Notes: generated from the sequence alone by a model not told the origin. Numbered from the stretch's first letter, positions 27,578-40,239 are shown. The stretch: 64,000 nucleotides of DNA from Mobula hypostoma (GCF_963921235.1 NC_086097.1:196480001-196544000); one strand, 5' to 3'. A program made the numbers and translations.

Positions 27578-28339
27578 CTGACAGAAGGGGATAACACAAT
27601 AGAATTATAGTGAGGAAACAGTCTCAAATGTGAATAGATTTGTTGAAATTATAAAAATTACAATCTATAGGAAGCTTTTGACACTGCAAAATGCAAGGTG
27701 AACAACTGTCCCACCTCTTGCATGAAAAATGTATCAAAAAAATCCACTGAAATTCCCAAGCTTCACAAGTGAAGGGTGAGTGTTGGAAACATTGTCAAAC
27801 CAAAAGCAGATTTGAAACGTGCTATGAATTAAAGACAGCCTCCACTTGTTTTCTCACTCTTGTTCTCTTGTGTGCACACACACCCTGACAATTTCACAGA
27901 AACACAATGTCACTGACCAGAAATAAAAACAGAATCTCACATAATCTGACACTGACAACATAAATTATATTAACCTAAGAGAATATTACTGGAATGAACT
28001 TGAGGTTTACTGCCTGACTGATTTTAATAGTGTTCTTGGTTGCAGAAAGTTGGCAAGACTTATTGGAATGTAAACACTTAAAATTTAGGAAATAAACAAT
28101 ATAATATGAGGAAGTAGCCAACTGTTCCTTCTGTTAAGATGGAGCAGTGCTAACCATCTGCTATGTTTTGCAGGAATTGTACGTGTGGTCTCTGGCACAA
28201 AAGAAAGTTTGGAAATTAATTCAAACATAACCAAGCATGACTAACTGATAAAAATTGGATGACGATCTGTTGAGCAGTCCAAGGCAGAATTATGCTTACA
28301 TATAACAATCTACTCAATAGTAAACAAATAAATCCTACA

Positions 28340-28575
28340 GAAGCAAAAAAAGACTGCTGATGCTGGAAATCTGAAATAAAAACAGAAAATTCTGGAAATA
28401 TTCGGAAGTTCAGGGACCGTCTATAGAGGGAGAAGCAGTCAGTTTTTCAAGTAGGTGACCCTTCACCAGACTGGGAAAAGTGAGGAAACAGGTTCTACTT
28501 CTGCAGTTCTGATGAAAGCCCATTACCCTGAAATGTTAACTGTTACTCACTCCACAGAAACTGCCTGACCTGCAC
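28340..28575. mobile_element. Old Penelope-like terminal repeats in inverted arrangement
   Basis: A minus-strand terminus (tgctggaaatctgaaataaaaacagaaaat...) is followed by a plus-strand copy (ctgatgaa...gaaatgttaactg...ctgcctgacctg). Confidence 0.65.
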
Positions 28576-29267
28576 CATATCACAGCCTGGCTTCATCTTT
28601 ACCTATATTAATCCATTAGCCTCTTAAGATACACTTGGTCAGCTGAAACAAGAAAAAAAGTGCTGGAAATCAGTGATAAAATAGGAAATTATGTGAAAGA
28701 GTAATTTCCTTAAGGGGGCTGGGCATATTTTCTTAGAGCACTTCTGAGCTCCTGGCAGCCACAGTTTTCAATAACTTAATGCATCTACTGTAGATTTATT
28801 GTTTTTGCACATTACTGTAAAATTGTTATTGGCAGATGTAGAATTTTAATGCAGTCTTGTTGTACAGCGAGGACAAACTATATTAAACCAATTAAAATTT
28901 CTAGTAATCTATTTTAAAGGCTCATGTACAATACAAAATAAACTAGATAATATTTGTCTCTCAGAATCAGCCAAAGAGTTGTAAAGTATTAAAATTTTAA
29001 ATATGTGTAACTGATGTCACCAACAACATCTAAAAATTTTCAGGATTACAAAGACAGACTTTATTTCTATTCTTCCACTGCTTTGTTATTTCACCATTTA
29101 TAGTTTTACATTTATGGTGGGAGATTGGGAGAATTTCCATAATTTTGCTTATGAAGATATTTAACTTTGGAAACATCATTGCTATTTGTTAGGAGTCAAA
29201 AATCTACCCTTATATTTTATAAATAGTGACTGCTTTGAAGCACACAATTCAAAAACTAAACAATCCC

Positions 29268-29954
29268 TTGCACTGCGGACCAGTTTAATATTAACCCGGG
29301 GGGGGGTGTTCAGGTAGGGTTAAACTCACCTCAACATGTCTTTTGCAGTTAGGGTTGCCAACCTTCTCACTCCCAAATAAGGAACAAAAGTAGCAGTCAA
29401 ATCCCAGGACACTTTACCCCTGGGAAGACTACCACGACTATGAAGCCTTGCGCGGGCACCTGTGTGCACATGCGCGTACGTGCCGAATTTTTCCCCACAA
29501 ATCGGTTTTGCCTTCATCTTCCCGACTATACTGTACATACATTATTTCTACTTTATATAGGCTGTGTATTTATCATATCATTCCTGCTTTTACTATATGT
29601 TAGTGTTATTTATTTTCGGTTATATGTGTTATTTGGTACGATTAGTTAGGTTATTTTTTGGGTCTGGGAACGCACAAAAATTTTTCCCATATAAATTAAT
29701 GGTAATTGTTTCTTCGCTTCACGCCGTTTCGGCACGAAAGGTTTCATAGGAACACTGTACCTTAGCGGGGGAAATACGGGACAAACCAATTTAGCCCAAT
29801 ATATGGGATGTCCTGGCATATACGGAATAGTTGGCAACCCTATGTTCAAGTTCAACAGCGCGTGACAGGGAATGAGGAAAGGTGCAGCTGACTCATATCG
29901 TTTTCTCACGGCCTGTTAGCACATGCTTTGCGGCCCAGTGGTTGGGGACCACTG
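29268..29954. mobile_element. Composite hAT MITE (same family as 9499-9706) with nested insert; left TIR lost
   Basis: Shares gcactgc.gacc.gtttaatatt, gacagggaatgaggaaaggtgcagctgactcatatc and the right TIR ggttggggaccactg with 9499-9706. Confidence 0.8.
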
Positions 29955-30149
29955 CCTTATGTGAATTTGAAATCTGATTCTCTCTACTGACTGCAAATTT
30001 CATCTCAATTTTTTTGCCAATATTTTCATCTCTGCATTGATTTGACCTAAACATATTTGTACAGCAAAGTTATACTACTTCTCAAACAGCAAATGCACAT
30101 TCAAATACTGCAAAAATTCTTGGAAAATAAGTATTTAATCTAAACTTAC

Positions 30150-30342
30150 AGGGTTGCTGGAGAGTATCCAGTGTACTTCATTGTATGAGCAAACACGGGA
30201 CTGTTGTGTCTGTAGAGTGAAAGGAAACGAGCTGACCTGCAACATAAGTAAGTTGCAAGCCTCAAGTGCCTCACGTGAATTAATAAACTTATCTGACAGA
30301 CTCTGGCTGGATTCCCAATGAGTTGTGGAACCTGAAACAAGA
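30150..30342 (-). CDS. GREB1L: GREB1L exon 11 (193 nt): [12 protein letters not shown]...[31 protein letters not shown]
   Basis: Translated by hand in a frame different from the listed ORF; ccctcag acceptor, gtaagt donor, phase 2-0. Confidence 0.93.
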
Positions 30343-30589
30343 CTGAGGGAAAAAAGGTTATATTAAAACTCAAAATATTTCATTTACAGCAAAGATGGAA
30401 TATAATAATTCATGGTTCAAAGTGAATTTATTCTCATGGTTACACATATGTCACCATACACAATCCTGAGATTCATTTTCTTCAGGTTATACTTGCATAC
30501 TCACATACTTGTAGCATATTTCAGAAAATACAGAACATTTCAAAATACTTCACTAACATATATAGAGTTCCTTTAAAATCTAGTAATGC

Positions 30590-30880
30590 AGACAGACAGT
30601 AGCCAATTTCAATGAGTTAGGTCCATAATCAAAAATGAAATAGATAGTGATGTTAGTCAAAAAGCAGATAAAGCACTGTGTGAGTCCCCAGTGAATCTCT
30701 GAATTGTGCCAAGGAATGCTTCATGCCCACCTAGGAGTGCAGGAAAACTGGGTTTAACACCTGATTCAAAAGATGGCATATCTGAAAGGAATGCAGTCCA
30801 GGTTAGAATGGACACTTTAAAGTAGTGATTGACCCAACACTGCCTGACCCAGGGAACAAGAGGGATATCACTAAATCAAA
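30590..30880 (-). mobile_element. Old DeuSINE/SacSINE-like element
   Basis: Degenerate resemblance to recalled Deu-domain SINE sequence (gtgccaagg...cccacctagg...ggtttaacacctgattcaaaagatggca); a related plus-strand relic lies near 59750-59990. Confidence 0.45.
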
Positions 30881-31941
30881 ATAAACAGTTTTAAAATATG
30901 CTTTATTTAATTATCAAAATAAAAGAACTTTTTAATACTTTCAGTGTTGATAATGAACAGTGGAAGTGGTGAATACTACAGATGTCAAAACAGATAATAG
31001 GGAGAATCCTTAAACTAACTCTCTTGGGTCTTCTTCAACAGAACAAGCTGTAAATGGGTAGCACATTGAAACACAACTGACAGCTTTGCAATCATATTTA
31101 TGTCTTCCCAAAATGACAGGGGGATAAAAACTGCTACAGATAGTAGTCCTTTAGCTGAAAGGAGCAAATGAGACAGATGCTTTTTGTTCTCATTTGGGGT
31201 GAGGTCAGGTTAACAATGAAAAATTCTCAAACCTGGCCCAGTATCAGTGACAGTAGATCCAGGGATTCCAATTGGAATATTTTACTGACATTTGCAGCAT
31301 CTGATTTAATCTTCATTATGATTGCCATGCTTCCAATTCCTGGGAAAACCTAGCAGCTGGAGAAAGGCTAAAATGGCTTTAAGAAAACGTGAAGTGTTTT
31401 TGAGGCACAAAGATGGGCAGGGGGAGCTGGAATGCTTCCTGTAGTCCTACAACCATTATCTCATTCCTGAGAATTAAGGATTCACTGAACAGGATCCGAG
31501 TCATTCCCTCCAGGAGATTTGGAAATGGGTTGACACCCCTAGGTCATAGACCCTTCTCTAGCACACTACTCTGGAATCCTCCCCATCTCACTGAAGACCA
31601 GGCATATTAATAGTTGAACCTCAGGAGGGAGTCTGTTAGGGAAAAAAACCTGCTCATAACGTGCACCTTTTAACAAGAGTGAGACATGACGAGAATGATT
31701 TCCAGGCCAAATTATACAACTCCAGAAACAAACCAGGCACTTACAGTTCCAAATCACACTTGTGCCACTTACATATTTCCAAACTGGCTTGCATACAAAA
31801 TTATCTCATTCCCCTTCCTTTCGTGGTGTACCAGCCAAAGTGCACCCCCACCCCACTACTGACCCAGTGATCTCCCAACCCTTCAAAGGCTATTATCCTC
31901 TAATATTACCATCCCTCCCCACCAGCAATCAGCATCTCATT

Positions 31942-32082
31942 TGTTAGTCCTGACGAAGGGTCTCGGCCTGAAACGTCGACTGCACCTCTTCCTAGAGATG
32001 CTGCCTGGCCTGCTGCGTTCACCAGCAACTTTGATGTGTGTTGCTTGAATTTCCAGCATCTGCAGAATTCCTGTTGTTTGCG
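31942..32082 (+). mobile_element. Solo Penelope-like terminal repeat (141 bp) carrying a hammerhead motif
   Basis: Matches the 3' termini of the PLEs at 35089 and 62880; 8-bp TSD atctcatt (31934-31941 and 32083-32090). Confidence 0.85.
31946..31982 (+). ncRNA. Minimal type I hammerhead ribozyme motif
   Basis: agtc-CTGACGA-a-gggtctcggcct-GAAA-c-GTC-gactg: intact core, stem I agtc/gact, stem II, palindromic ACGT stem III. Confidence 0.8.
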
Positions 32083-32587
32083 ATCTCATTCATCCTGGTT
32101 CCCCAACTACTACTTGTAGATCCTCTTAACTTCAACAGCAGGTCCCTGGCTTTCACCCCAAACCCCTTTGTGATATCTGAATACCTTCTTACCTCAAGGC
32201 ATCTGTTCCTAGGAACCATCAGTCCTGCTTCCCATCACTGATTTATTCATTCTTCTTTCATGCTCAGCTTTAGCACAGTGTGGAAAGGAAAGCAGCATCT
32301 GATGCATTGGCTGGTCCTGAACTGAACTGTTAGATCACGTGCCCACAATCAAAATGACCATGGTTCAGTCTCCGATTACAGATTAATCTGCCTAATTCCA
32401 GACCCATTTACTATTTTAACAATCTAAAACCATATGTAGCATATTGATATGTCACTGAGCAAAGAAACATTTATATTTTATGAGCACTGAATGCATAGCA
32501 ATATCTTGCGGTTTTCTAAGTTCTATCATCAGCAAAATTAGCCAGTCAGTAGGTATTCACATTAGTAGAACAAGGGGAAATAATGAG

Positions 32588-34330
32588 CAACACACACAAA
32601 GTTGGAACATCTACGGTGTGCCTGGAGACCCGGGATCCTTGCGATCTCCAGGCACAGAGCTCGGAAAAAGCAACGTAACGGAATTTTAACATCGTAATCC
32701 AGCGAATTGTTTGCTATCTCTCTTGCTCCTTGGAAAATGGAATGGAGTCACCTCCTTCCCCCTTATTAGGAGAGAGAGCCTGCAGCTTGTCGAATTATCG
32801 GCTGAACAATGTAGTCTTTGGGGTAACTGCAAGTCTGTGTCTTTGCTATTGTTTTGCTCACGCTTGAGTGCTGGTAGCGGGTGTGCTTTATTTTTGCTGG
32901 TGAGGGGAGGGGGATTGTTGCTTGCTGCCGCCTACGTGCGGGAGGAGGGAGCTGGGGGGAGGGTGTCTTTGGGTTCTAACATTTAACTGTCATTCATTCT
33001 TTGGGGCACTCCTCTGTTTTCGTAGATGGTTGCGAAGAAAAAGCATTTCAGGATGTATTTTGTATACATTTCTCTGACATTAAATGAACCTTTGAAATGC
33101 TAGAGGAACTCAGCAGGTCAGGCAGCACCTATGGAAATGAATAAAGAGTCAATGTTTTGGGCCAAGGCCCTTCTTCAGGACTGGGAAGTAAGAGAGAAGA
33201 TGCCAGAATAAAATGGGCGGGGGGGGGAGGGGGAGGAAGACAAGCTAGAAGGTGATATGTGAGGCCTGGAAGGTGAGAAAGGTAAAAAGGCTGGAGAAGG
33301 AGGAATCACAGAGGAGAGGAAAGTGGACCATGGGAGAAAGGGAAGAAGGAGTGGCATCAAAGGGAGGTGATAGGCAGGTGAGATGTAAAACTAAGAGGCC
33401 AGAATGGGGGAGGGAGGAGGTAAAATAAATATTGGAAAGAGAAATCTATGCTTATGCCATCAGGTTGAAGGCTAGCTAGACAGAATATAAGGTGCTGCTC
33501 CTCCAACCTTAAAGTGGCCACATCACGGCAAAAGACAAGGCCATGGACCGACATGTTGGAACAGGAATGGCAATAGGAATTAAAATGGTTAACTTGAAAT
33601 TCCACTTTTGGTGACTAGAGCGGAATTGCTTGACAAACAGGTCCCCCAGTTTACATCGGGTCACACCAATGTAGAGGAGGCCGCATTGGAAGCACCGGAA
33701 ACAATAGACAACTTGAAATATTCGCAGGTGAAGTGTTGCCTCACCTGAAAGGACTGTTTGGAGCCATGATGGAAGTGAAGGAGGCGGTGAATGGGTAGGT
33801 GTAGCGTTTCTGCCCCTTACAGGGTTATGTGCTAGGTGAGAGATGAGTGGGGAGGGATGAATAGAAAAGGGAATCACGTTGGGAGTAATCCCAGTGGAAA
33901 GCAGAGAGTGGGGAGGAGGTAAAGATGTGTTTAGTGGAAGGCTCCCTTTGGAGATTGCAGACGTTGCAGAGATTGATGTGTTGGATGCGGAGGTTCATGG
34001 GGTGTTAGGTAAGGACAAGAGGAACTCTATCACTGTTAAGGCGGTGGGAAGATGGGGTGAACACAGATGTCTGGGAAATGGAGATGCAGGTGAGAGCAGC
34101 GTCAACTGTGGAGGAAGGGAAATCCTGTTCTTTGAATGACAGGACATCTCTGTTGTCCTGCAAATGAAAGCCTCATCCTGGGATCAGAGGTGGTGGTGGT
34201 GGTGAAGGAATTGAGAAAAGGGAATAGCATTTTTACAGGAGATGGGAGGGAGGGGCAGGCAAGAGGTACAGTCAAGATAGCCGCGGGAATCGATAGGTTT
34301 ATAAAAGATATTGGTAAACATTTTGTCACA
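32588..34330 (-). mobile_element. Decayed Penelope-like element (RT C-terminus, GIY-YIG, 3' terminus), interrupted by 32601-33096
   Basis: VVYCFRCFQCGLLYIGVTRCKLGD and LRLEEQHLIFCLASLQPDGISIDF; degenerate hammerhead at 33146-33183. Confidence 0.85.
32601..33096 (+). mobile_element. Non-coding non-LTR retroelement fragment nested in the PLE terminus
   Basis: Splits the PLE end sequence cacacacaaa|atgctagaggaactcagcagg; same family as 20601-20869. Confidence 0.75.
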
Positions 34331-34707
34331 ACTTTACTAATTTTTATCACTTGGAATAATCCCAATTCACAGGTCAAGTGTTAGAAATTCACATCGTCTC
34401 TCTGGGGCACAGGATATTAAACCATTTCCGAAGGGAAACAACAGATAGTTCAATGAAACACAAAGCTATAAAGACAGTTAAGATAAAACTACTTCCTTGT
34501 TCGTCCAGGTAGGCATCAAGCGCGGAGCACCAAAAAGGTTATTAGGTAAGGAGGAATACATAAAATCAAATGGCAGCCATTATATTTCATCAAAGCAAAG
34601 TTACTAGCCACAACCTCATATCAACAGTGACTAAAAATTCTGAAATTCCATGAGATGCAAAGAAGAGAAAATGGAAATAAGATTGCAAAAATGAAATACA
34701 AACTTAC

Positions 34708-34888
34708 CTAGTAAGATCAACATGGGAATTGTCATGAATAAGAACAAAGAGTGTGTATGGATTCTGTTTGATCTTTTTCATGAAAGCCTCAAACTTGTTC
34801 TGAAAGTCATGGTCTAGCCGGATAATATATTTCTCAGCCCTTTGATCAGCTATATTATTTTCCTCAAGACCCAGATCTACAAGAACTC
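34708..34888 (-). CDS. GREB1L: GREB1L exon 10 (181 nt): [10 protein letters not shown]...[20 protein letters not shown]
   Basis: Strong peptide match; tgcag acceptor, AG|gtaagt donor. Confidence 0.95.
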
Positions 34889-35088
34889 CTGCATAAAAAT
34901 CAAAGTGTTCTATTAATATGTTATAAATGCAATTTTTCTGTGCCTGACACATTTGCCAAGCATCAGAAATATACGTTGAAGCAATAAATATCTTTGAAAA
35001 ATGGGAAAATAATAATTTCTCTGGAGCATATTCTTAATTATCTTACTTTTATTTATTTTTGAATGTAACATTCCAATAATATTATAAT

Positions 35089-35960
35089 AACGCAAACACA
35101 AGGAAATCTGCAGATGCTGGAACTTCAAACAACAGATAAAAGTTACTGGTGAACGCAGCAGGCCAGGCAGCATCTCTAGGAAGAGGGACAGTCGACGTTT
35201 TGGGCCGAGATCCTTCATCAGGACTAACTGAAAGAAGAGCTAGTAAGAGATTTGAAAGTGGGAGGGGGAGGGGGAGATCTGAAATGATAGGAGAAGACAG
35301 GAGGGGGAGGGATGGAGCCAAAAGCTGGACAGTTGATTGGAAAAAGGGATATGAGAGGACCATGGGACAGGAGGCCTAGGTAGAAAGAAAAGGGGGAGGG
35401 GGGAAGCTCAGAGGATGGGCAAGGGATATAGTGAGGGGTACAGAGGGAGAAAAAGGAGAGAGAGAAAAAGAATGTGTGTATATATAAATAAATAATGGAT
35501 GGGGTACAAGGGGGAGGTGGGGCATTAGCAGAAGCCTGAGAAGTCAATGTTCATGCCATCAGGTTGGAGGCTACCCGGACGGAATATAAGGTGTTGTTCC
35601 TCCAACCTGAGTGTGGCTTCATCTTTACAGTAGAGGAAGCTGTGGACAGACACACCAGAATGGGAATGGGACGTGGAATTAAAATGTGTGGCCACTAGGA
35701 GATCCTGCTTTCTCTGGCGGACAGAGCATAGGTGTTCAGCGAGACGATCTCCCAATCTGCGTTGGGTCTCGCCAATATATAGAAGGCCGCATCGGGAGCA
35801 CCGGACGCAGTACATCATCGCAGCCGACTCACAGGTGAAGTGTCGTCTCACCTGGAAGGACTGTCTGGGGCCCTGAATGGTGGTAAGGGAGGAAGTGTAA
35901 GGGTATGTGTAGCACTTGTTCCACTTACAAGAATAAGTGTCAGGAGGGAGATCAGTGGGA
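35089..35960 (-). mobile_element. 5'-truncated Penelope-like element (GIY-YIG endonuclease plus 3' terminus)
   Basis: ORF 35525-35851: YCVRCSRCGLLYIGETQRRLGDRLAEH...HFN...EQHLIFR..SLQPDGMN. Hammerhead motif at 35189-35225 with GAAA changed to AAAA. Confidence 0.9.
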
Positions 35961-36570
35961 TAAGTTTATTCATCCATTATTGTTTGTGTCACAGGTTGTT
36001 AGCCTTGTAGATTAGATCATCCGGTCCACAGTGTTCCAATCTCAGTTTTACAAACTGAACAAAAACAATATAATTAATTTATATTTTTACAGACACGTGT
36101 TTTCTGTAGCCAGTGAGAAATAGCTTTGTTGTAGGATGAAACCAGATCCTCCATCATACCCTCTCGAACATATGCCTGAGGTCATCCCCAGTGGTAGTAA
36201 ATAAGGAGAGACAAAACAAGATATATGTCATAATACTGCATTTGTAGCCTCCAACAAAATTAATACAAGACTCTTCTGGTGAACTGCTTTGTGGAAAAAT
36301 TGGTAGAAGAAGAATAGCAGATTTCGATTTACATATTATCAGATCTGTCAATGAAATTAGTTGAACCCACATTTGTTTGATTTCCCTTTGTGACAGAAAT
36401 CAAACAACCCAGTTCTTCATTTCTAAATAATGAAATAACTTTAATAAAAGTAATTACTAGTAACTATCACATAAGATTAAGTAAAGTTTCTTTTTTTAAA
36501 AAAAGAACTTTTTGCACACCATTTACCATGCACTTTTCTGATAAACTAAGTAGCTGCTTTATTTGCCTAC

Positions 36571-36768
36571 CTGAATGTTGAATACGTTGCAAAGTCTGGT
36601 GGAAAAGAACTTCTGATGGAGGAACTAAAATGGTGAAGTCAACTTTTGCAAAGCGCCCCAGATCTAGGTTTTGCATTCCGGAGTCCGCTATAGCACAAAC
36701 CTGAGACAGCAGCTTGCGAGCAACAGTGAGTTGAGGCGAATGGATCTGGAACACTTCAGTATATGAAT
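36571..36768 (-). CDS. GREB1L: GREB1L exon 9 (198 nt): [30 protein letters not shown]...QTLQRIQHS
   Basis: Strong peptide match; cacag acceptor, G|gtaggc donor. Confidence 0.95.
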
Positions 36769-37740
36769 CTGTGAAATAAGAACAAAGCAAATCCTATTGC
36801 TAAAATCCCACCAATCTAATCAAATCTCGTAACCTTTGCACATCAATTGTTGATAGTGAAATGTAGCATTGCGTACAGTTATTCTTTTCAATAATATCCC
36901 CAGATTTGCTCATCTTTAAGGTATACTTCAATCATCTTGCTCACACCATATACATTTTTTGTACTCTAAATAAGAGAGTTGATTTATCATTTGAATAAAA
37001 CCAAGTATTCTAGTTTATCCCATTGGTATAAGACTCTTGAGCAGACCTCCTGTAGAATAAAGATGAACCATTGATCTCTCAATCTACCTCATCTTGGTCC
37101 TTGTATCTTTATAGTCTACCTGCACTGGATTTTGCTGCAACTGGCTATGTTAAGCTACAATCCTTCATAGTAAGCCAGCCTGAGGTCTATGATGTTACAT
37201 CTAGAAAAGAAGTTTACCTTTTTAAAAAAAATGGAGATAACAAAAAGGTCACATTTTATCTCACTGGGCAATGAAACCATGGCACCAATGTGACTCCACC
37301 ATATTAAAGCATTGCAGACATTAGAATTTTGAAAATACTGTAGCAAACTGCCCATGTAGTAAGGCTGTGCAATAAACTACATGCATGTATCTGGGGACTG
37401 TTGTATATTAAATGCTCATTACATGTATTCTTCATATATAAATGATAATAATAAGCATTTATATTTTTGTAATCAAATAATCCAAACTATTAAATTTTCT
37501 GAAGATTAACAGCAAAAGAATTTTCAACAAAAAAAAACTTAACAGTTGTTCGTGATAATGCCAAACTGATCCCTTCTTTGGTAAACTCCACGTTGTAAAT
37601 AGTTATAACTGTATAGCAATAGTTATAACTCATTCAACTAATGAAGAGCACTTATGAGCTATAGCCAAAGTCTTTAAGTGAATACTATATACCACCATGC
37701 AATAAGAATCTACCAATAACCACAGATTTCGATGCCTTAC

Positions 37741-37875
37741 CAACAGCTTGCTTTGATGTCACTGCTGCAGCCTCATCAGACGGAATATATTCAGAAACAT
37801 TTCCATTGAATGGAATAGCAACATTATTGTTTCTATTTTGCTGAAATTTATCCAGGAATTTGTCTAAATTATCTC
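37741..37875 (-). CDS. GREB1L: GREB1L exon 8 (135 nt): DNLDKFLDKFQQNRNNNVAIPFNG...EAAAVTSKQAV
   Basis: Matches the GDDLDK...PF.G...EAAA segment; ctcag acceptor, G|gtaagg donor. Not in the ORF track. Confidence 0.9.
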
Positions 37876-38728
37876 CTGAGAAAGACAGAGCTCATTTCAT
37901 TAAGAGAGAAAGTATAAAGAAAAACAGGAAAACATATTGGAAAAGTGTTAGTACAAACAATACAAGTACTAAAGCTTCAAAGTATACCCAGTACCATCTA
38001 GACCACATTATAAATATAGATGAATGAATAAAGATTTTCTGGTTAAATTATTTATATTTGACAAATTATTTCTAACTTTATGAATAAAAGGCACTTTCTT
38101 GCTGTTGAAAATTATTCAATAAACTTAATGTCCCAATACTATTCCCACAGTGACTGACTGAGATCCCAGGCTTAAATTATTCCACTTTATTGTGACAGAA
38201 TTTTGCAAGCCTCATATCTCCAACTTGAGCCTCTTAGTGTCCCCAGAGTCAAGAAGATCTTAATAATCTCCCTCAAGCAGAGTAGAATTTCACTTCCACA
38301 TTATTCTGTGGTATTGTTACTCCTGGACAAGACTTGGATTAATCCAAGTGCTTTGGGGATTTATAACATCAACTCACCAATTCTGCATCGCTATGGCAAA
38401 GACTGTTTACATATTTATCATCTGACATGTACAAGTTGTACAATCTGATCCTACTATTTGAAAATCATGATAGGATGGCATTGTGGTATGGTGGCTGGTG
38501 CTGTTGCACAACTCCAGTGGCCAGGTTTCAGCTTGGCCTAAAGTGCTAAACAGAGACTGCACATATTGCAAGTTCACACTGTTACAGTGTGGTGTTCCAG
38601 ATCTTCTCTCATATTCCAGTAACTTCAGGCTGCTCAAGTCAAGTCGTTTATTGTCATTTAACTATATACATGTATGTAATGTACATAGCGACATTTCTCC
38701 AGACTTGGGTGTAAAGCACAGTAGTACA

Positions 38729-39075
38729 CCATAAGACAAAGGAGTAGAAGTCGGCCATTCGGCCCATTGAGTCTGCTCCGCCATTTTATCATGAGCTGAT
38801 CCGTTCTCCCATTTAGTCCCACTCCCCCGCCTTCTCACCATAACCTTTGATACCCTGGCTACTCAGATATCTATCAATCTCTGCCTTAAATACACCCAAT
38901 GACTTGGCCTCCACTGATGCCCCTGGCAACAAATTCCACAAATTCACCACCCTCTGGATAAAAAATTTTCTTCGTATCTGTTCTGAATGGGTGCCCTTCA
39001 ATCCTTAAATCATGCCCTCTCGTACTAGCTCCCCCACCATGGGAAACAATTTTGCCATATCCACTCTGTCCATGC
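38729..39075 (-). mobile_element. CR1 3' fragment
   Basis: FFIQRVVNLWNLLP...VFKAEIDRYL...GIKGYGEKAGEW plus 3' UTR. Confidence 0.88.
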
Positions 39076-39913
39076 GTTATGTGTTATGTACACCTAACAC
39101 ATGATAACTTGACACACATGATAATTTGTCCCTATAAATTAACCCTATTGTAGGTGCACGGCGGGAGCATGGGGAATGGGTTGGGTGTGAAGTTGTCAAT
39201 GGGCATGTGAGAGGAAATAGGTTTCAGGGAAGTAAGTTGGGGAACAGAATTGATGGAATGCTCCACCAGTTGGTATTATTTAATGAACAAATAGGCTCCT
39301 TCTATCTTGCAAGGGAATATGAGTAATTTCCCTATCAATATTTGGGCATATTACCAAAGATGACCAATTAGAAATCATTGGAAAGACAGCACAAGCGCAA
39401 TAGCTGGTGGAAGGATTATCAGGTTATTTTTCCAGTTCTGAACCCCAGAGATATGCCAGAGGAAAACTATTCTGCATTCCCTTAGAATATTGCCATGAGA
39501 TATTGAACTGAAACATTGGAAAAGTAAACAAACCAAGAATATTCCAATATATTTTTTAAGGAGAATCTTAATATGATTTTAGGTATAATTTTCAAAACAT
39601 ATTAAACCATTAAAGAAAGAATTTCATTGGTACGGATTTAAAAAAAAGCTCCCCATCTAAATCCTGCTGCATTTTGATCATGCCAATGAAGCAAAAATGA
39701 CAGCTCACTCTCAATCTTTTAGGAACCCTGAGCAATATACTGCCAGAGTTAAACAACATGGAAATCTTTTGTATAGATTCTATCAATAGAACATTGGCAC
39801 AAATGAATATAGTTCTCAAATGGGACTGTGCCATTAAATCCACGAGAGAAGGTTAAAGAAACTCATTGTTAAACACCAGCAGGAAATTCAGCTTCATCCT
39901 CCTTGCCTCATAT

Positions 39914-39993
39914 CAGGGGTTCCCAACCTTTTTTATGCCACGGAACAATACCGTTAAGTAAGGGGTCCGTGGGCCCCAGGTTAGGAACCCCTG
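39914..39993. mobile_element. 80-bp hAT-type MITE
   Basis: TIRs caggggttcccaacct / aggttaggaacccctg; degenerate 8-bp TSD cctcatat/catcagat. Confidence 0.78.
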
Positions 39994-40239
39994 CATCAGA
40001 TGCTGAGAAATAAATTCAAAGAAAATTCCTATGCTGTTATTTTGATCATTTTTAAAGGATGTTTTGGGAAAGGGGCAAATTTACCCTAAAAAAAATTCAA
40101 GTTACAACTGCCACTGAAGGCAACCTGTAGCCTGCCTACACATTCTGCGTGTCAAGTATATTATTTTGTCAAAGAAAAAGTTTCCTTCATCACCTTCATT
40201 CTAATCTTCATAAACTTAACGAGGGCTATTAACAAGGAG

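Noticed and set aside
30146..30373. Listed ORF MSFNITFF... as the exon peptide
   Set aside because: Wrong frame; the GREB1L match is in another minus-strand frame (30150-30342).
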